From Candidatus Marinacidobacterales bacterium (GTDB lineage: Bacteria > Acidobacteriota > Vicinamibacteria > Marinacidobacterales > SMYC01), in the NCBI GenBank assembly GCA_965224085.1, contig CBDCYI010000005.1:1856001-1920000 (forward strand): a stretch of DNA of 64,000 nucleotides. The letters are read 5' to 3'. Positions 21,975 to 32,947 of the stretch are shown here, piece by piece. The position numbers were made by a program, and so were the translations under genes. Within the stretch, counting starts at the first letter, position 1. Each line of letters begins with the position of its first letter. Below the pieces are notes generated by a model, which saw only the letters and a program-made list of their open reading frames with translations, did no database searches and was not told the origin of the DNA.

Positions 21975-23205
21975 CGAGGTCGATGCCCTGCGACCGGGTG
22001 GCGAACGCGTTGGTGAAGAACCTGAATCGTTTCAGGTCGCGTGCGGCGTCCACACCCTGCGCCAGCAGCGCGTCGATCTCGTCATTCTCGAGAGTGAAGT
22101 TGCTCGTGATGCCGATCCGGTCCGAGACGTCGATGCGGAAGTAGTCGGCCGTGAAATTGAACAGCCCGGTATCGAAAACCACTCCGGCTGTGTAGTTGAT
22201 CGACGTTTCGGGACGCAGAGGCACACCGCCGCGAAGTGCCGCCACCGGGGAGTTCGACGGGATGGTGCCGTTGTTCACCAGATCGCCGAGCGCCGGGTCG
22301 AAGATGGTCGCAATGTTGAACCCGTTCTGCTGGCCTGGGGTCGGCGCGCGGAAGCCACTGCTCACGCTGGCGCGCACGAAGCCGAGCCGGCCGGAGACCT
22401 TACCGTTTGTCGTCGTGCCGAAATCTTCGAAGTTCTCGACCCGGACTGCGGCTCCGAGGGTCCAGCCGTCGTCTGGATCGTTCAGCTCCAGATCGCCGTA
22501 GACCGCTACGTTGCTCCGGTTCCAGGTGCCCGCGGCGAGCGGCCCGTAGCCGAAGAAGCCGTTGGAACCAGCCGAGAAGCCCTGCCCGCGTCCATAGGGA
22601 CCGACTGTCCACGATGTCGGATGACCCTCGGTAGTCTGGTACTGCTCGTCACGCCATTCCGCGCCAACGGCGAGGTTGACCATCTCGGTAGCGGCGTAGG
22701 AGACATCGAAGTTGACGCCGGTCTCCCGCTGCCGGTTGCTACCGAGATCGAACGCGGTCGGCGTGTCGGGACCGAGCGAGGCGTTGACGGTGTCGGAGAT
22801 GAACAGACCAGTCTCGTGAGCCCCGACCGAGCCGCTCACGTCCCAGACGAAGCCGGCCGCAGTGAAGCCACGGACGCCGACAACGAGTGACACGTCCGTC
22901 GCTTCGCCACCGAAGTTCGGGGTGAAACCGCCTGGAAACCGCTCCCGGAACGAGAAGCAGTTCGGGTCGTCGAACACCTGCTCCAGGGAGGCCGGGTCGG
23001 CGACGTGGTCGGTGATTGCGACCGTGGGGCAGTTCGCCGAGCCGGTGCCTGCCGCCATGAGCGCGTCGCCGATCAGCAGCGTCTTGCCGCCGTCGATGCT
23101 GAAGACACCGCCCCGCGTGTTCGGGTTCCGGAAGAAGAATCCCCCCGTCACTTTTTTGCTGGCGTAGTTTGTGTGGCTGTAGAACTGCACGCCGTTGGCG
23201 GCGCC
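21975..23205 (-). pseudogene. Internal fragment of a TonB-dependent receptor paralogous to 49933-52686
   Basis: GFFFRNPNTRGGVFS, NCFSFRERFPGGFTP, GFRAPTPGQQN. Both ends are cut exactly at long-IR IS ends. Confidence 0.9.
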
Positions 23206-23426
23206 GTCCTGTGCCAAAACTCGAACCTTTTGAAATAGACCACAAATCAGCAGCTTAGACGCCCTTGGAATCCGCGCAGAATCCAGGGTATTTCGCGCCG
23301 CAGGGCTGACTTCCGACCCATGGGCTGGCGGATGAATAAATAGAAGGCACAACCAAGAGCCCGAGACCTTTCGTAGGTCTCTGGCTCTTCGCAAGCAAGA
23401 ATCTGGTCCGCGTCGAGGGGTGGGGC

Positions 23427-23711
23427 TTACCGGCGCCGCCCGCCGCCACCGCGACCGCCGCCTTCGGTCCGGGGTCTGGCTTCGTTGACGTTCAATGTAC
23501 GACCACCGAGATCAGTTCCATTGACGCCACGGATGGCCGCTTGCGCGGCCGAGCTGTCCGACATCTCAACGAAAGCGAAACCACGCGGGCGACCGGTGTC
23601 GCGATCGATGATCACGTTGACTCTACTCACCTCGCCGTAAGTCGCGAAGACGTCTCTGAGCTGCTGCTCGGTGACGTCGAAGGAACAATTGCCTACATAA
23701 ATCGTACCCAT
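23427..23711 (-). CDS. RRM RNA-binding protein with Gly-rich tail
   Basis: RNP2 IYVGNC, RNP1 RGFAFVEM, LNVNEARPR; AGGAG RBS; hairpin downstream at about 23357-23388. Confidence 0.95.
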   Translation of the reverse strand: MGTIYVGNCSFDVTEQQLRDVFATYGEVSRVNVIIDRDTGRPRGFAFVEMSDSSAAQAAIRGVNGTDLGGRTLNVNEARPRTEGGGRGGGGRRR

Positions 23712-23930
23712 GAAATGAACTCCTGAACGGAAAGGGCCTAAGCGAGGGCTGACGGAGGTGTGGTGGAAGTCACCAGCAAAAAAATCTACAAAGAGCCATC
23801 GGATAGCCGAAGGCGCAATGCTGGACTATTTCCGGGCGCGTGTCAAACGCGGCATGTGCCGTGACTATCCACGGGCTGTTCTTGATTCACTGATACCTGC
23901 GACCTGCCCAGCATCCTCATTGCGCCATCC

Positions 23931-24968
23931 CGTCCTGTGCCAAAACTCGGCCCTTTTGAAATAGGCCATAAATCAACAGCTTAGCGTCTGTGTTTTGCGA
24001 CCGGGCCAAGGGCTGTAGGCTCTACAATCGTCTGGACCGAGGGTGTTGTCTTCAGCTCCATGATGACGTACCACGTGCGGTTCTTACTGCTCGTTGTGGC
24101 TGGCTGGGTCAACCGCCAACAGCAGGATGTGATTGATTACCTGCGAGAGGAGAACCGTGTGCTCCGAGCCGGGCTTCGGGGCAAGCGTCTCAGGCTCTCT
24201 GACGAAGACCGGCGCAGGCTTGCCGTCAAGGCCCAGGCCTTGGGCCGCGAGGTGCTGGCCCAGATTGCATCGGTTGCCACACCCGCTACGCTGCTGCGCT
24301 GGTACCGCTGCCTCATCGCAGCCAAGTACGATGGCAGCAAGAACCGGAGTCCAGGCCGACCTCCGACGGCGAAGGACATCCGTGAGTTCATTGTACGTGT
24401 TGCGCGGGAGAACCCGACGTGGGGCTATACGCGCCTGCGGGGCGCACTCAAGAACCTCGGACATGAACTCGGACGCAACACCATCAAGAGGGTTCTCGCC
24501 GAGCACGGTATCGCTCCTGCCCCGGAGCGGGGCAAGAGCATGTCGTGGAGCACCTTCCTCAAGGCTCATTGGGGCGCTATCGCTGCGACAGACCTGTTCA
24601 CCGTCGAGGTTGTGAACCCGTTCGGGCTCGTCCGCTACCATGTCCTGTTTGTCATCGATATCGCCACTCGCTGCGTATGCATCGGTGGGATAACCTCGGA
24701 CCCAAACGGGGAGTGGATGAAGCAGGTGGCAAGGAACCTCACTGACATGTGGGATGGTTTCCTCCTTGGCAGGCGAACCTCATCCACGACCGGGACCCGC
24801 TATTCACCGAGGCGGTACGTGGGCTGTTGAGAGATTCAGGCGTGAAGCCCCTGCGCCTTCCCGCAAAAAGTCCGAATCTGAACGCCTACGCGGAAAGATT
24901 CGTTCTCTCCATACGTCGAGAATGTCTGGACCGCTTCGTACCTCTCAGTGAGCGACACCTACGGACAG
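23931..24968 (+). mobile_element. Truncated, frameshifted copy of the long-IR rve element
   Basis: Near-identical to 31074-32110; frameshift near 24775. Confidence 0.9.
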
Positions 24969-25456
24969 CAGGCACGGCTCTGTCAGCGACCCGCTCCCCC
25001 CCTTTGGCGCAAACGTGGCACTCGAAAATCGAGATTAGAGACCAAAACCGAAAATGAAGCCCTTTCCGCCCTTCTAGCGCGTCTCTGGTGCCACGTGATC
25101 CTGCAAAACCGCGCCAACGGCGCGGAAAATCTCACCCGTCTCTGCAGTGCCACAATTGGGCAGACTGGGTGGCGGATGGGGAAGTCTGGAGCTATCCGGT
25201 CTCGGTAAAAGGTGGTCCAGCTTTTGGCGGAAATCCTCAAACAGAAAAGTCAGTGGAGATTCAGGAGGTTTCGAGTTTGCGCATTTCGAGAATTTTGGAA
25301 TGCGTACGCACAGGTTTTGCGAGAAGGTCGTTTTACGCGCTCTCGGGTTTCAACCTTGGTGCCCACGTCGTTCTATCCTATTTTTCTACAGTGATTTAAC
25401 GGCCGCCGTCACGTGCTGGTCCCCGCACGCATCATCGACGGGTGGTCGTTCGAGTG

Positions 25457-26540
25457 CCTTGGTGCACAACTCCGATAGAGGCCGAGAGCTCGCTTGGCCC
25501 CGACTCCCATCATCCGATCATCTCGCTATCAGGCATCCCGAGCGCCGTCATGGTGTTGAGAATCTTGCACCCGGTCCTTGCCTCAACTCTCTGTGCCGCC
25601 AACCCTCTCGCTCGCATCGCTGAGCCCACGATAGCCTTGTAGCGATGGAACGTTGTCTCGACTTTGCTCCGTTTGCTGTAGCCCGATTCTGTGTGCCACT
25701 TTCGTTTGCCGAGCCGAGCTTGTGCTGCAATGTTGCGATTACGCTGTCGGCTGCTCGCCGGCCCCGATGCGAGCAGGGCGCCCTTGCGCGGCGGTATCAG
25801 CACCCTCGGCGAGCGATGAGCGCTGTGATTCTCGATTGCCTCATAGACGCCGCTGGCGTCGTATGCGGTGTCAGCTCTGGCCGATGAGATGGGACTGTCG
25901 CTCTGTCCGACAAGCGATGCAACCCGCGATGAATCGTGGGCTCTTTTGCTCGTCAGCTCGCCGGCGACGACTTCGCCACTCTGCTCGTCGACACACAGAT
26001 GGAGCTTGCGATAGTCCCTGCTCTTTTGTGCTCTGCGCAGCTGGCCGGCGTGGACAGCGAGACCGCTGCTGTCGATCAAGATGTGCAACGGCGTCTTCTG
26101 CTTGTCTTGGTAGAAGGGGACCTTACCCAGCTTCACCTTGCGCCTCGAGATCGTGGTGTGATCGGGCACATCATTGTCTAGCTTCATCAGAGCGAACAAC
26201 GACCGCAGCAATCCCTCGCTCTGCCTAGATGACAGATGAAACACCATGCCCAGGGTGACAGCCGTCTCGATGGCGTGGTTCGACTACTTGCGTTGACGGC
26301 CCGGTTTCCTCCTCCTTGGCCGGGGCGCGTCCCAGTTCACAAGCTTGCCGGCGGTGAGCGAGATCCAGACGGTCAGGCTCCCGCGGTTGCGTAGACCCGC
26401 CTCATATTCACGCCAATTCCTCACGCGATAGGCCTTCTTCACATACTTCCGCTGAGTGCGTTTGAAAATGCTCATGGGGAACCTCGTATCCGCGAGTACA
26501 GGACAATTATGGACCGAGATCACGAGTTGTGCACCAAGGC
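25457..26540 (-). mobile_element. IS5 (IS903 group) element with frameshifted transposase 25510-26475
   Basis: IRs GCCTTGGTGCACAACTC / GAGTTGTGCACCAAGGC; YRVRNWREYEAGLRNRGSL, PDHTTISRR, IDSSGL, RKLHL. Confidence 0.9.
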
Positions 26541-26762
26541 AGAAGTGAAGAATCGCAGATGTCTCAATCTCGCATGTCCGTTGCGGGGCAAAGTCAGTTC
26601 CGGAAACATCGTTCGCCACGGATTCTACCGAACCAGGTCCGGGAAACGCCGTCGATACCGGTGCGGCGAGTGCGGAAAGACGTTCTCCTCGACGAAAGGC
26701 ACGCCCTACTACCGTCTCCAACATCGAAGAGCTACTTTCGATGTGGTCATCGCTCTCAGAGT
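26541..26762 (+). mobile_element. IS1-family transposase N-terminal Zn-finger fragment
   Basis: RRRYRCGECGKTFSSTKGTPYY, as in 49105-49703. Confidence 0.8.
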
Positions 26763-26842
26763 AGCGGTGCAACAACGCCTCGGGAGCTACGAGACCTGTC
26801 CTGGGGCCACTCGTGGAGGGCAGGCGGTATTGTCGCACCCTT

Positions 26843-27688
26843 CTACTTTTTCTTGCGCGTCCCGGCGCGAGCCGTCGGCTTCCTGAACGGGGTAGAACGT
26901 CTACCTGGTTTCCTTCCGGTCTGCCCAGCGCGCCGACTCTTCTTGGCAAGCGGCGCAAGATCGTCATCAGAGACCCCACCCATATCGATGTCGACACCGA
27001 AGACCGATGACAGCCTGTCGGATTTGAGCACCCTGCCACTCCGGGACTTGTCTCCAGTCGGTGGCTGGTCGACGGCGGCCTCCACCATCTCGGCTGGGTC
27101 GACACCTCGCAAGGTGAACAGTAGCTCCGGCTCGTGGTCGAGGCGTGCGCCTACGCCGTAGAGCGTCGCCGCCACGTGCTTGCACATGGTCGCCCAGTCG
27201 GGGCACGAGCAACTCAGCGAGATCTCCCGGGGGGCAGGAAACAATCCCTCTCCCTTGCAGGTCACGATCTCCATCACGCCCTTGGAGATGGAGCCCTGCA
27301 GCAGCTCGACCAGCGAGTCGATTTTGCCTGCACATTGGCCCTTGATGTCGGTCCAGTGCTTCTTCGCCAGGCTTTTGATCTGGGTGTCCACCTCATAGAT
27401 GTCGGAGCCGCTGACGAGAGATCGCACACGCCCCGCCTCGATCTGAAGATCGATCACCGAACCGTTGTGCACGTAGGTTCGGCCGCGAGGCAGGCGGTTC
27501 GAGTAGTCGCTGTACGACTCGAGGTTCTTGCACCAAGCATCACCCCAGAAGGTGGTTGCGATCTTGCGGCCCACGATCTCGATCGGTGAGATCTTGCGTC
27601 CGGCTTTTTTCATCTTAGCGACCGTCTTCGCGGCATGACGGCGGCGCGCTGCCACGGAGACGTAAGGGCGCCACGAGTACCAGCCCAT
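26843..27688 (-). CDS. SWIM zinc-finger protein
   Basis: NRLPRGRTY, CSCPDWATMCKHVAA SWIM motif. The 3' end may be clipped. Confidence 0.9.
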   Translation of the reverse strand: MGWYSWRPYVSVAARRRHAAKTVAKMKKAGRKISPIEIVGRKIATTFWGDAWCKNLESYSDYSNRLPRGRTYVHNGSVIDLQIEAGRVRSLVSGSDIYEVDTQIKSLAKKHWTDIKGQCAGKIDSLVELLQGSISKGVMEIVTCKGEGLFPAPREISLSCSCPDWATMCKHVAATLYGVGARLDHEPELLFTLRGVDPAEMVEAAVDQPPTGDKSRSGRVLKSDRLSSVFGVDIDMGGVSDDDLAPLAKKSRRAGQTGRKPGRRSTPFRKPTARAGTRKKK

Positions 27689-27733
27689 GAGCTCACCTCA
27701 CGCTTTCTTGTGACGAGCGCGTTCGTGCATCTT

Positions 27734-30472
27734 CTATTCCTCCAAGGCGCTGCTCAAGTCGAGGGACACCATAGAGATCAAATCCTCGTTGCTCATCTCC
27801 GTCAAGGCCGACTCCGCACCACCTGAAAGGAGCTTGCCTGCGAGCTTCTGCTTCCCGGCGATCAGTTCGTCGATGCGCTCCTCCACCGTGCCCCGGCAGA
27901 TGAACTTGTGAACGAGTACGTTCTTCTTCTGGCCGATGCGAAAGGCGCGATCCGTGGCCTGGTTTTCAACCGCCGGGTTCCACCATCGGTCAAAATGGAT
28001 GACATGGGACGCCGCGGTCAGATTGAGCCCAGTACCGCCAGCCTTTAGAGAAAGGACCATGAACGGTACCCGGTCGTCCTCCTGAAACCTGTTTACCAGC
28101 CCTTGGCGCTTCTTGACCGGCGTTCCGCCATGCAGCACGAGGCCGCCGTGACCGAAGACCTCGGTCAGAAAGCGAGACAGCGGCGCCGTCATCTCGCGGA
28201 ACTGGGTGAAGACCAGCACCTTATCCTGGCGCGCGGAGATGGACTCGCAAAGCTCGCGCAGCCGGGCGAGCTTGCCGCTGTCTTCGGCCTCGTAGCTTCC
28301 GTCGCCGAGCCAATGGGACGGGTGATTGCAGATTTGCTTGAAGCGCATCAGAAAGACCAGGACCATACCGCGCCGCTCGATGCCTTCCAGCTCCTCGATG
28401 ACCCTCTTCATCTCATCGACCGACTGCTTGTACAGGGCGGCCTGGCGCTTGCTCAGCAGGCAGTAGGCATTGACCTCGGTCTTGTCGGGCAGATCGGCAA
28501 TGACTCTCTTGTCGGTCTTGAGCCTTCTTAGAATATACGGTTGCACCAGCCTGCGCAGCGGCGCGTAGCCTCCTTGCTTACCCGACGCCATGGATTTGCA
28601 CAGGCCATTGAAGGCCTTCGCCGAGCCTAGCAGCCCCGGATTCAGGAAGTCGAAGATCGACCACAGGTCGCCGAGGCGATTCTCCACCGGTGTGCCGGTG
28701 AGAGCCAGGCGCCACCGCGAGTCCAGTGCTTTGACCACCCTGGTTTGCTTGGCGCTGGGGTTCTTGATGGCCTGGGCCTCGTCGAGGATTACGTTCCGCC
28801 AGGCATGCGACTTCATCCACTCGGTCCGCATGGCGGTGCCGTAGGTGGTGATCACCGCGTCGTGGGCATCCACCTTCTCCTTTGGCAGCTTCTTGAGCTC
28901 GGGCGAGGGGATGCGCGACGGGTGGGCGATGAGAAACTTCATATGGGGCGCGAAGCGTTCAATCTCCAGGCGCCAGTTGTCGACGAGCGAGGCCGGCACG
29001 ACCAGGAGGTCGGTACCCTTCTCCTTGTTGCGCCGGCTCATGGACAGCACACCGAGCACCTGGATGGTTTTCCCCAGGCCCATATCGTCGGCAAGGCAGC
29101 CGCCGAGCTCCAGGCCACGCAGGGTCCAGAGCCACTCCACACCGAGCTTCTGGTAGGGACGGAGCTCGCCCCGCAAGCCCGCGTCCGAGTCGATCTCGGC
29201 CCGTAGCTCAGGCGAGCGCAGCGCGTCGAGCCTTGACGAAAGCCATTTTCCTGCGATGACCTCCGACCATTCCTGTCGAGCGTCCTCGGTGCCGTTCGAG
29301 TCGTCGCCATCGAGCTCGGCGCCAGCCAGCATGCGCATGGCCTCGCCGAAGCTGACTCCGCCGGCCTGGGCCTGCTTTTGCACGTCCCGCCACTGTTCGA
29401 GAACCGCGCCGAGCTTGTCCTGGTCCACCTCGACCCACTTCCCCTTGACCAGCACCAGACCCTCGCTGGCTTCGAGCAGCATCTCGATCTCCCTCGTCGA
29501 CAGATTCTTGCCGTCGAGGGTCAGCTTGACGTCGAAGTCCAGGAGCGCGTCCATACCCAGCGTCGACGGCGCCTTGCCGCCCACCAACACGGAGACCTTG
29601 GGACGGGGGTGACTCTTGGCGCCCCACCAGTCGGGCATGCGCACAACGAGACCGGCTTGCTCGTACAGTGCGATCTCGCAGAGGAAGTGATGCGCTTCCG
29701 CGGGTCTCCAGGACAGGGGGTGGTAGATGTCGCCGGAGTCGACCAGCTCGCGGATGAACGCGCTCTGCCCGGCCGCGCGCGACAAGGGAGAGAGCAGCGC
29801 GAGTAGTTTCTGTCGGCTCTTCGCCCCGGCGTAGTCCTTGAGCGCTCGCCCGAGGGGCAGGTGCTGAGGCTTGGCCTCCTTGGAGACCTTGTGAACATAG
29901 GTCGCGATGAAGGCGAAGGGATACGAGGGGTCGCGTTTGTTCTCGGCCAGGTGGAAACAGACCCGGCCGACCACGTTCCATACCGAGCCCTGCTTCTTCA
30001 GGTATCCCTGGACGCCTAGCTCAAACCGTGCTGCTTCGGTGGTCAGGGCCTTCCCGATGTCGCGCCACAGCTCGCCGAGCATCGAGGGTGTGATCAGCTC
30101 GGCGCCCTGCATGGGAGGGGCCGCCTGGGTGAAATCCGAGAGCTCGTCCGGGGCGGGCTCGGGCACGACCAGAGACGTTGGGTCGGTTGGATCCAACCCG
30201 CCACAGACCCTGACCACCAAGGCCTTCCCGATGTCGCGCCAGTACGAAAGCGTAGGGTGAAGGTCGGTGCTCAGCTCTCCCACTCCCAGATGCAACACCC
30301 CATGCCCGCGCCCCACGTTGAACGCATCGATAATGCGCCGTTGCACTGCGGCGGACAGGCCCGTGCCCTCATCGGGCGAGCCGGGGTGGACGTCAATGCG
30401 GCCACTCGGGGTCAATCCGCAAAGAAGGGTGGCGTTGGCCCCGGTGGCACTATCGTGGAAAAGCTGCCTCAT
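27734..30472 (-). CDS. SNF2-family DEAD/DEAH helicase
   Basis: LRPYQ, LADDMGLGKT, LDEAQAIKN, TGTPVENRL, SLKAGGTGLNLTAA, QATDRAFRIGQ. Confidence 0.95.
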   Translation of the reverse strand: MRQLFHDSATGANATLLCGLTPSGRIDVHPGSPDEGTGLSAAVQRRIIDAFNVGRGHGVLHLGVGELSTDLHPTLSYWRDIGKALVVRVCGGLDPTDPTSLVVPEPAPDELSDFTQAAPPMQGAELITPSMLGELWRDIGKALTTEAARFELGVQGYLKKQGSVWNVVGRVCFHLAENKRDPSYPFAFIATYVHKVSKEAKPQHLPLGRALKDYAGAKSRQKLLALLSPLSRAAGQSAFIRELVDSGDIYHPLSWRPAEAHHFLCEIALYEQAGLVVRMPDWWGAKSHPRPKVSVLVGGKAPSTLGMDALLDFDVKLTLDGKNLSTREIEMLLEASEGLVLVKGKWVEVDQDKLGAVLEQWRDVQKQAQAGGVSFGEAMRMLAGAELDGDDSNGTEDARQEWSEVIAGKWLSSRLDALRSPELRAEIDSDAGLRGELRPYQKLGVEWLWTLRGLELGGCLADDMGLGKTIQVLGVLSMSRRNKEKGTDLLVVPASLVDNWRLEIERFAPHMKFLIAHPSRIPSPELKKLPKEKVDAHDAVITTYGTAMRTEWMKSHAWRNVILDEAQAIKNPSAKQTRVVKALDSRWRLALTGTPVENRLGDLWSIFDFLNPGLLGSAKAFNGLCKSMASGKQGGYAPLRRLVQPYILRRLKTDKRVIADLPDKTEVNAYCLLSKRQAALYKQSVDEMKRVIEELEGIERRGMVLVFLMRFKQICNHPSHWLGDGSYEAEDSGKLARLRELCESISARQDKVLVFTQFREMTAPLSRFLTEVFGHGGLVLHGGTPVKKRQGLVNRFQEDDRVPFMVLSLKAGGTGLNLTAASHVIHFDRWWNPAVENQATDRAFRIGQKKNVLVHKFICRGTVEERIDELIAGKQKLAGKLLSGGAESALTEMSNEDLISMVSLDLSSALEE

Positions 30473-30921
30473 TGGGTGTTGACCCGCGAGTGCAGCCGAC
30501 TCTCGGCAACGTCGGGCAACCCCGCGAGGAAGATGACTTCCGTTCGGTGATTCACGTAGGCCTGGAACATGAACTCAGTCCAGTAGTCTCTCATCATTAT
30601 TGATCCGGATTAGGACGAGCCAGTGGGTGGATTCGCTATCAAGACAGTCGATGTCTTCAAAACCCTCAGGGACGAGTTCAACAAAGGGGAGAACTCGCCT
30701 TCGGGACTCGGCGAGCAGGAGAGCTGTAACGGCCAGCTGGTAGCGAACGCCGGCGACGTTCCGAGCGCCATGGCGCAAGGCGCTCCATAGTGGTCCTTCA
30801 AAAGGTGCGGCGACAGGAGATTGGCCAGAGGTTCGCCTCGTTGGTTTATTCATGCGCTACGAGAAGCAGGCACTTCGCGCGATCGGGATTGTCTGCTGCT
30901 TCTTCTTGCTGACATTGGTGT

Positions 30922-31073
30922 TGTGAACCGTACCGGGTTTCCCGGAGAGTGTTTTAGTTGAGTCTCGCCATCTCTAGGAGCCTTCCTGCGACCGATAGTA
31001 GTTCATCTCGTACTCGACCGGGGGACATTTCCGATCGGCTCCAAGAGTCGTTGCGTGTTGTACCAATGCACCT
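30922..31073 (-). mobile_element. IS3-family 3' end remnant
   Basis: VHWYNTQRLLEPIGNVP; end TGAACCGTACCGGGTTTCCCGGAGAG. Confidence 0.7.
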
Positions 31074-32500
31074 CGTCCTGTGCCAAAACTCGGCCCTTTT
31101 GAAATAGGCCATAAATCAACAGCTTAGTGTCTGTGTTTGCGCCGGGGCCAAGGGCCGTAGGCTTTACAATCGTCTGGCCCGAGGGTGTTATCTTCAGATC
31201 CATGATGACGTACCACGTGCAATTCCTACTGCTCGTTCTAGCTGGCTGGGTCAACCGCCAGCAGCAGGATGTGATCGACTACCTGCAAGAGGAGAACCGT
31301 GTGCTCCGAGCCGGGCTTCGGGGCAAGCGTCTCAGGCTCTCGGACGACGATCGGCGCAGGCTCGCGGTCAAGGCCCACGCTTTGGGCCGCGAGGCGCTGG
31401 CCCAGATTGCGTCCGTTGCCACACCCGCTACGCTTCTGCGCTGGTACCGTCACCTCATCGCAGCCAAGTACGATGGCAGCAAGAACCGGAGTCCAGGCCG
31501 ACCTCCGACGGCGAAGGACATCCGTGAGCTCATTGTGCGCGTGGCGCGGGAGAACCCGACGTGGGGATATACGCGCCTGCGAGGCGCACTCAAGAACCTA
31601 GGACATGAACTCGGACGCAACACTATCAAGAGGATCCTCGCCGAGCACGGTATCGCGCCTGCGCCGGAGCGGGGCAGGAGCATGTTGTGGAGCACCTTCA
31701 TCAAGGCTCATTGGGGCGCCATCGCTGCGACAGACCTGTTCACCGTCGAGGTTGTGAACCCGTTCGGGCTCGTCCGCTACCATGTCCTGTTTGTCATCGA
31801 TATCGCCACTCGCTGCGTGTGCATCGGTGGGATGACCTCGGACCCCAACGGGGAGTGGATGAAGCAGGTGGCAAGAAACCTCACTGACATGTGGGATGGT
31901 TTCCTCCTTGGCAAGCGATACCTCATCCACGACCGGGACCCGCTATTCACCGAGGCAGTACGTGGGCTGTTGAGAGATTCAGGCGTGAAGCCCCTCCGCC
32001 TTCCCGCTAATAGTCCGAATCTGAACGCATACGCGGAAAGATTCGTTCTCTCCATACGTCGAGAGTGTCTCGACCGCTTCGTGCCTCTCAGTGAGCGACA
32101 CCTGCGGACAGCGATAACCGAATACGTAGTGCACTATCACACAGAACGGAACCACCAAGGTCTCGGCAACGAGCTCCTCACACCTCTGCCGGCAAGCGCG
32201 AATGACGCTGGCCCCATCGTGTCGCGAGAGCGACTTGGGGGCATTCTCAACTACTACTGCCGTGCCGCGTAGATGGTCGCCGGCGACGGTAGCCCCTTGG
32301 TGGGCCCGCTCGGCGTAGCGTGGAAACCGCTTCAGGAACACGCTTGGATATTCGCTCTCGACTAGGAGGTCATCTGCATGGTGACGACCCGCCCGCCCAA
32401 GACGATTGTAAAGCCCACGGCTCTTAGCCCGGTCGCAAACACAGACACTAAGTTGCTGATTTATGGCCTATTTCAAAAGGGCCGAGTTTTGGCACAGGAC
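31074..32500 (+). mobile_element. Complete IS with HTH-rve transposase (about 31202-32272) and roughly 105-bp imperfect terminal inverted repeats
   Basis: Left end CGTCCTGTGCCAAAACTCGGCCCTTTTGAAATAGGCC... is mirrored at 32395-32500. Motifs [28 protein letters not shown]. Confidence 0.92.
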
Positions 32501-32659
32501 GGGACCGTTTTATGGGAGTAAGGTTAGGTGACGTGAGTATCCAAGGCAACATCAAACCACTTCGATCGCTCGTTGAGTCCCTTCAGGTTCGTGGGTCGTG
32601 GAATCGAAGTTGCTCCGGTTCTCGGAGTCGACGTTCCTTCCTCATCAGCACCTCCTTCG

Positions 32660-32850
32660 CTTTTCGAAGAACAATTCTGAGCCTCTTCATCGCCGGGAAA
32701 CGGGCCTGGAACCAGACGTTCGACCTCGTACAGCTCTCCGATCAGGCGAAGCACTTCGGAGCACGCCTGCGGGTAGTGCTCGCTGGCTTCATCGAACTTC
32801 CGTTTGACGTGCGCCCAGCAATGGGCGAGTCGAAGCTCGGGGGCATCGCG
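32660..32850 (-). mobile_element. IS66-family transposase fragment
   Basis: LAHCWAHVKRKF...IGELYEVER. Confidence 0.8.
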
Positions 32851-32947
32851 ATCACTCGCTGCTTTTCTGGTGTTGTGGATGGTCACACGCGTGACAGAAA
32901 GGTCATTCTAGATCCGAGCTGTCGGGAATCGAGCGCAGCTTTCGGTA

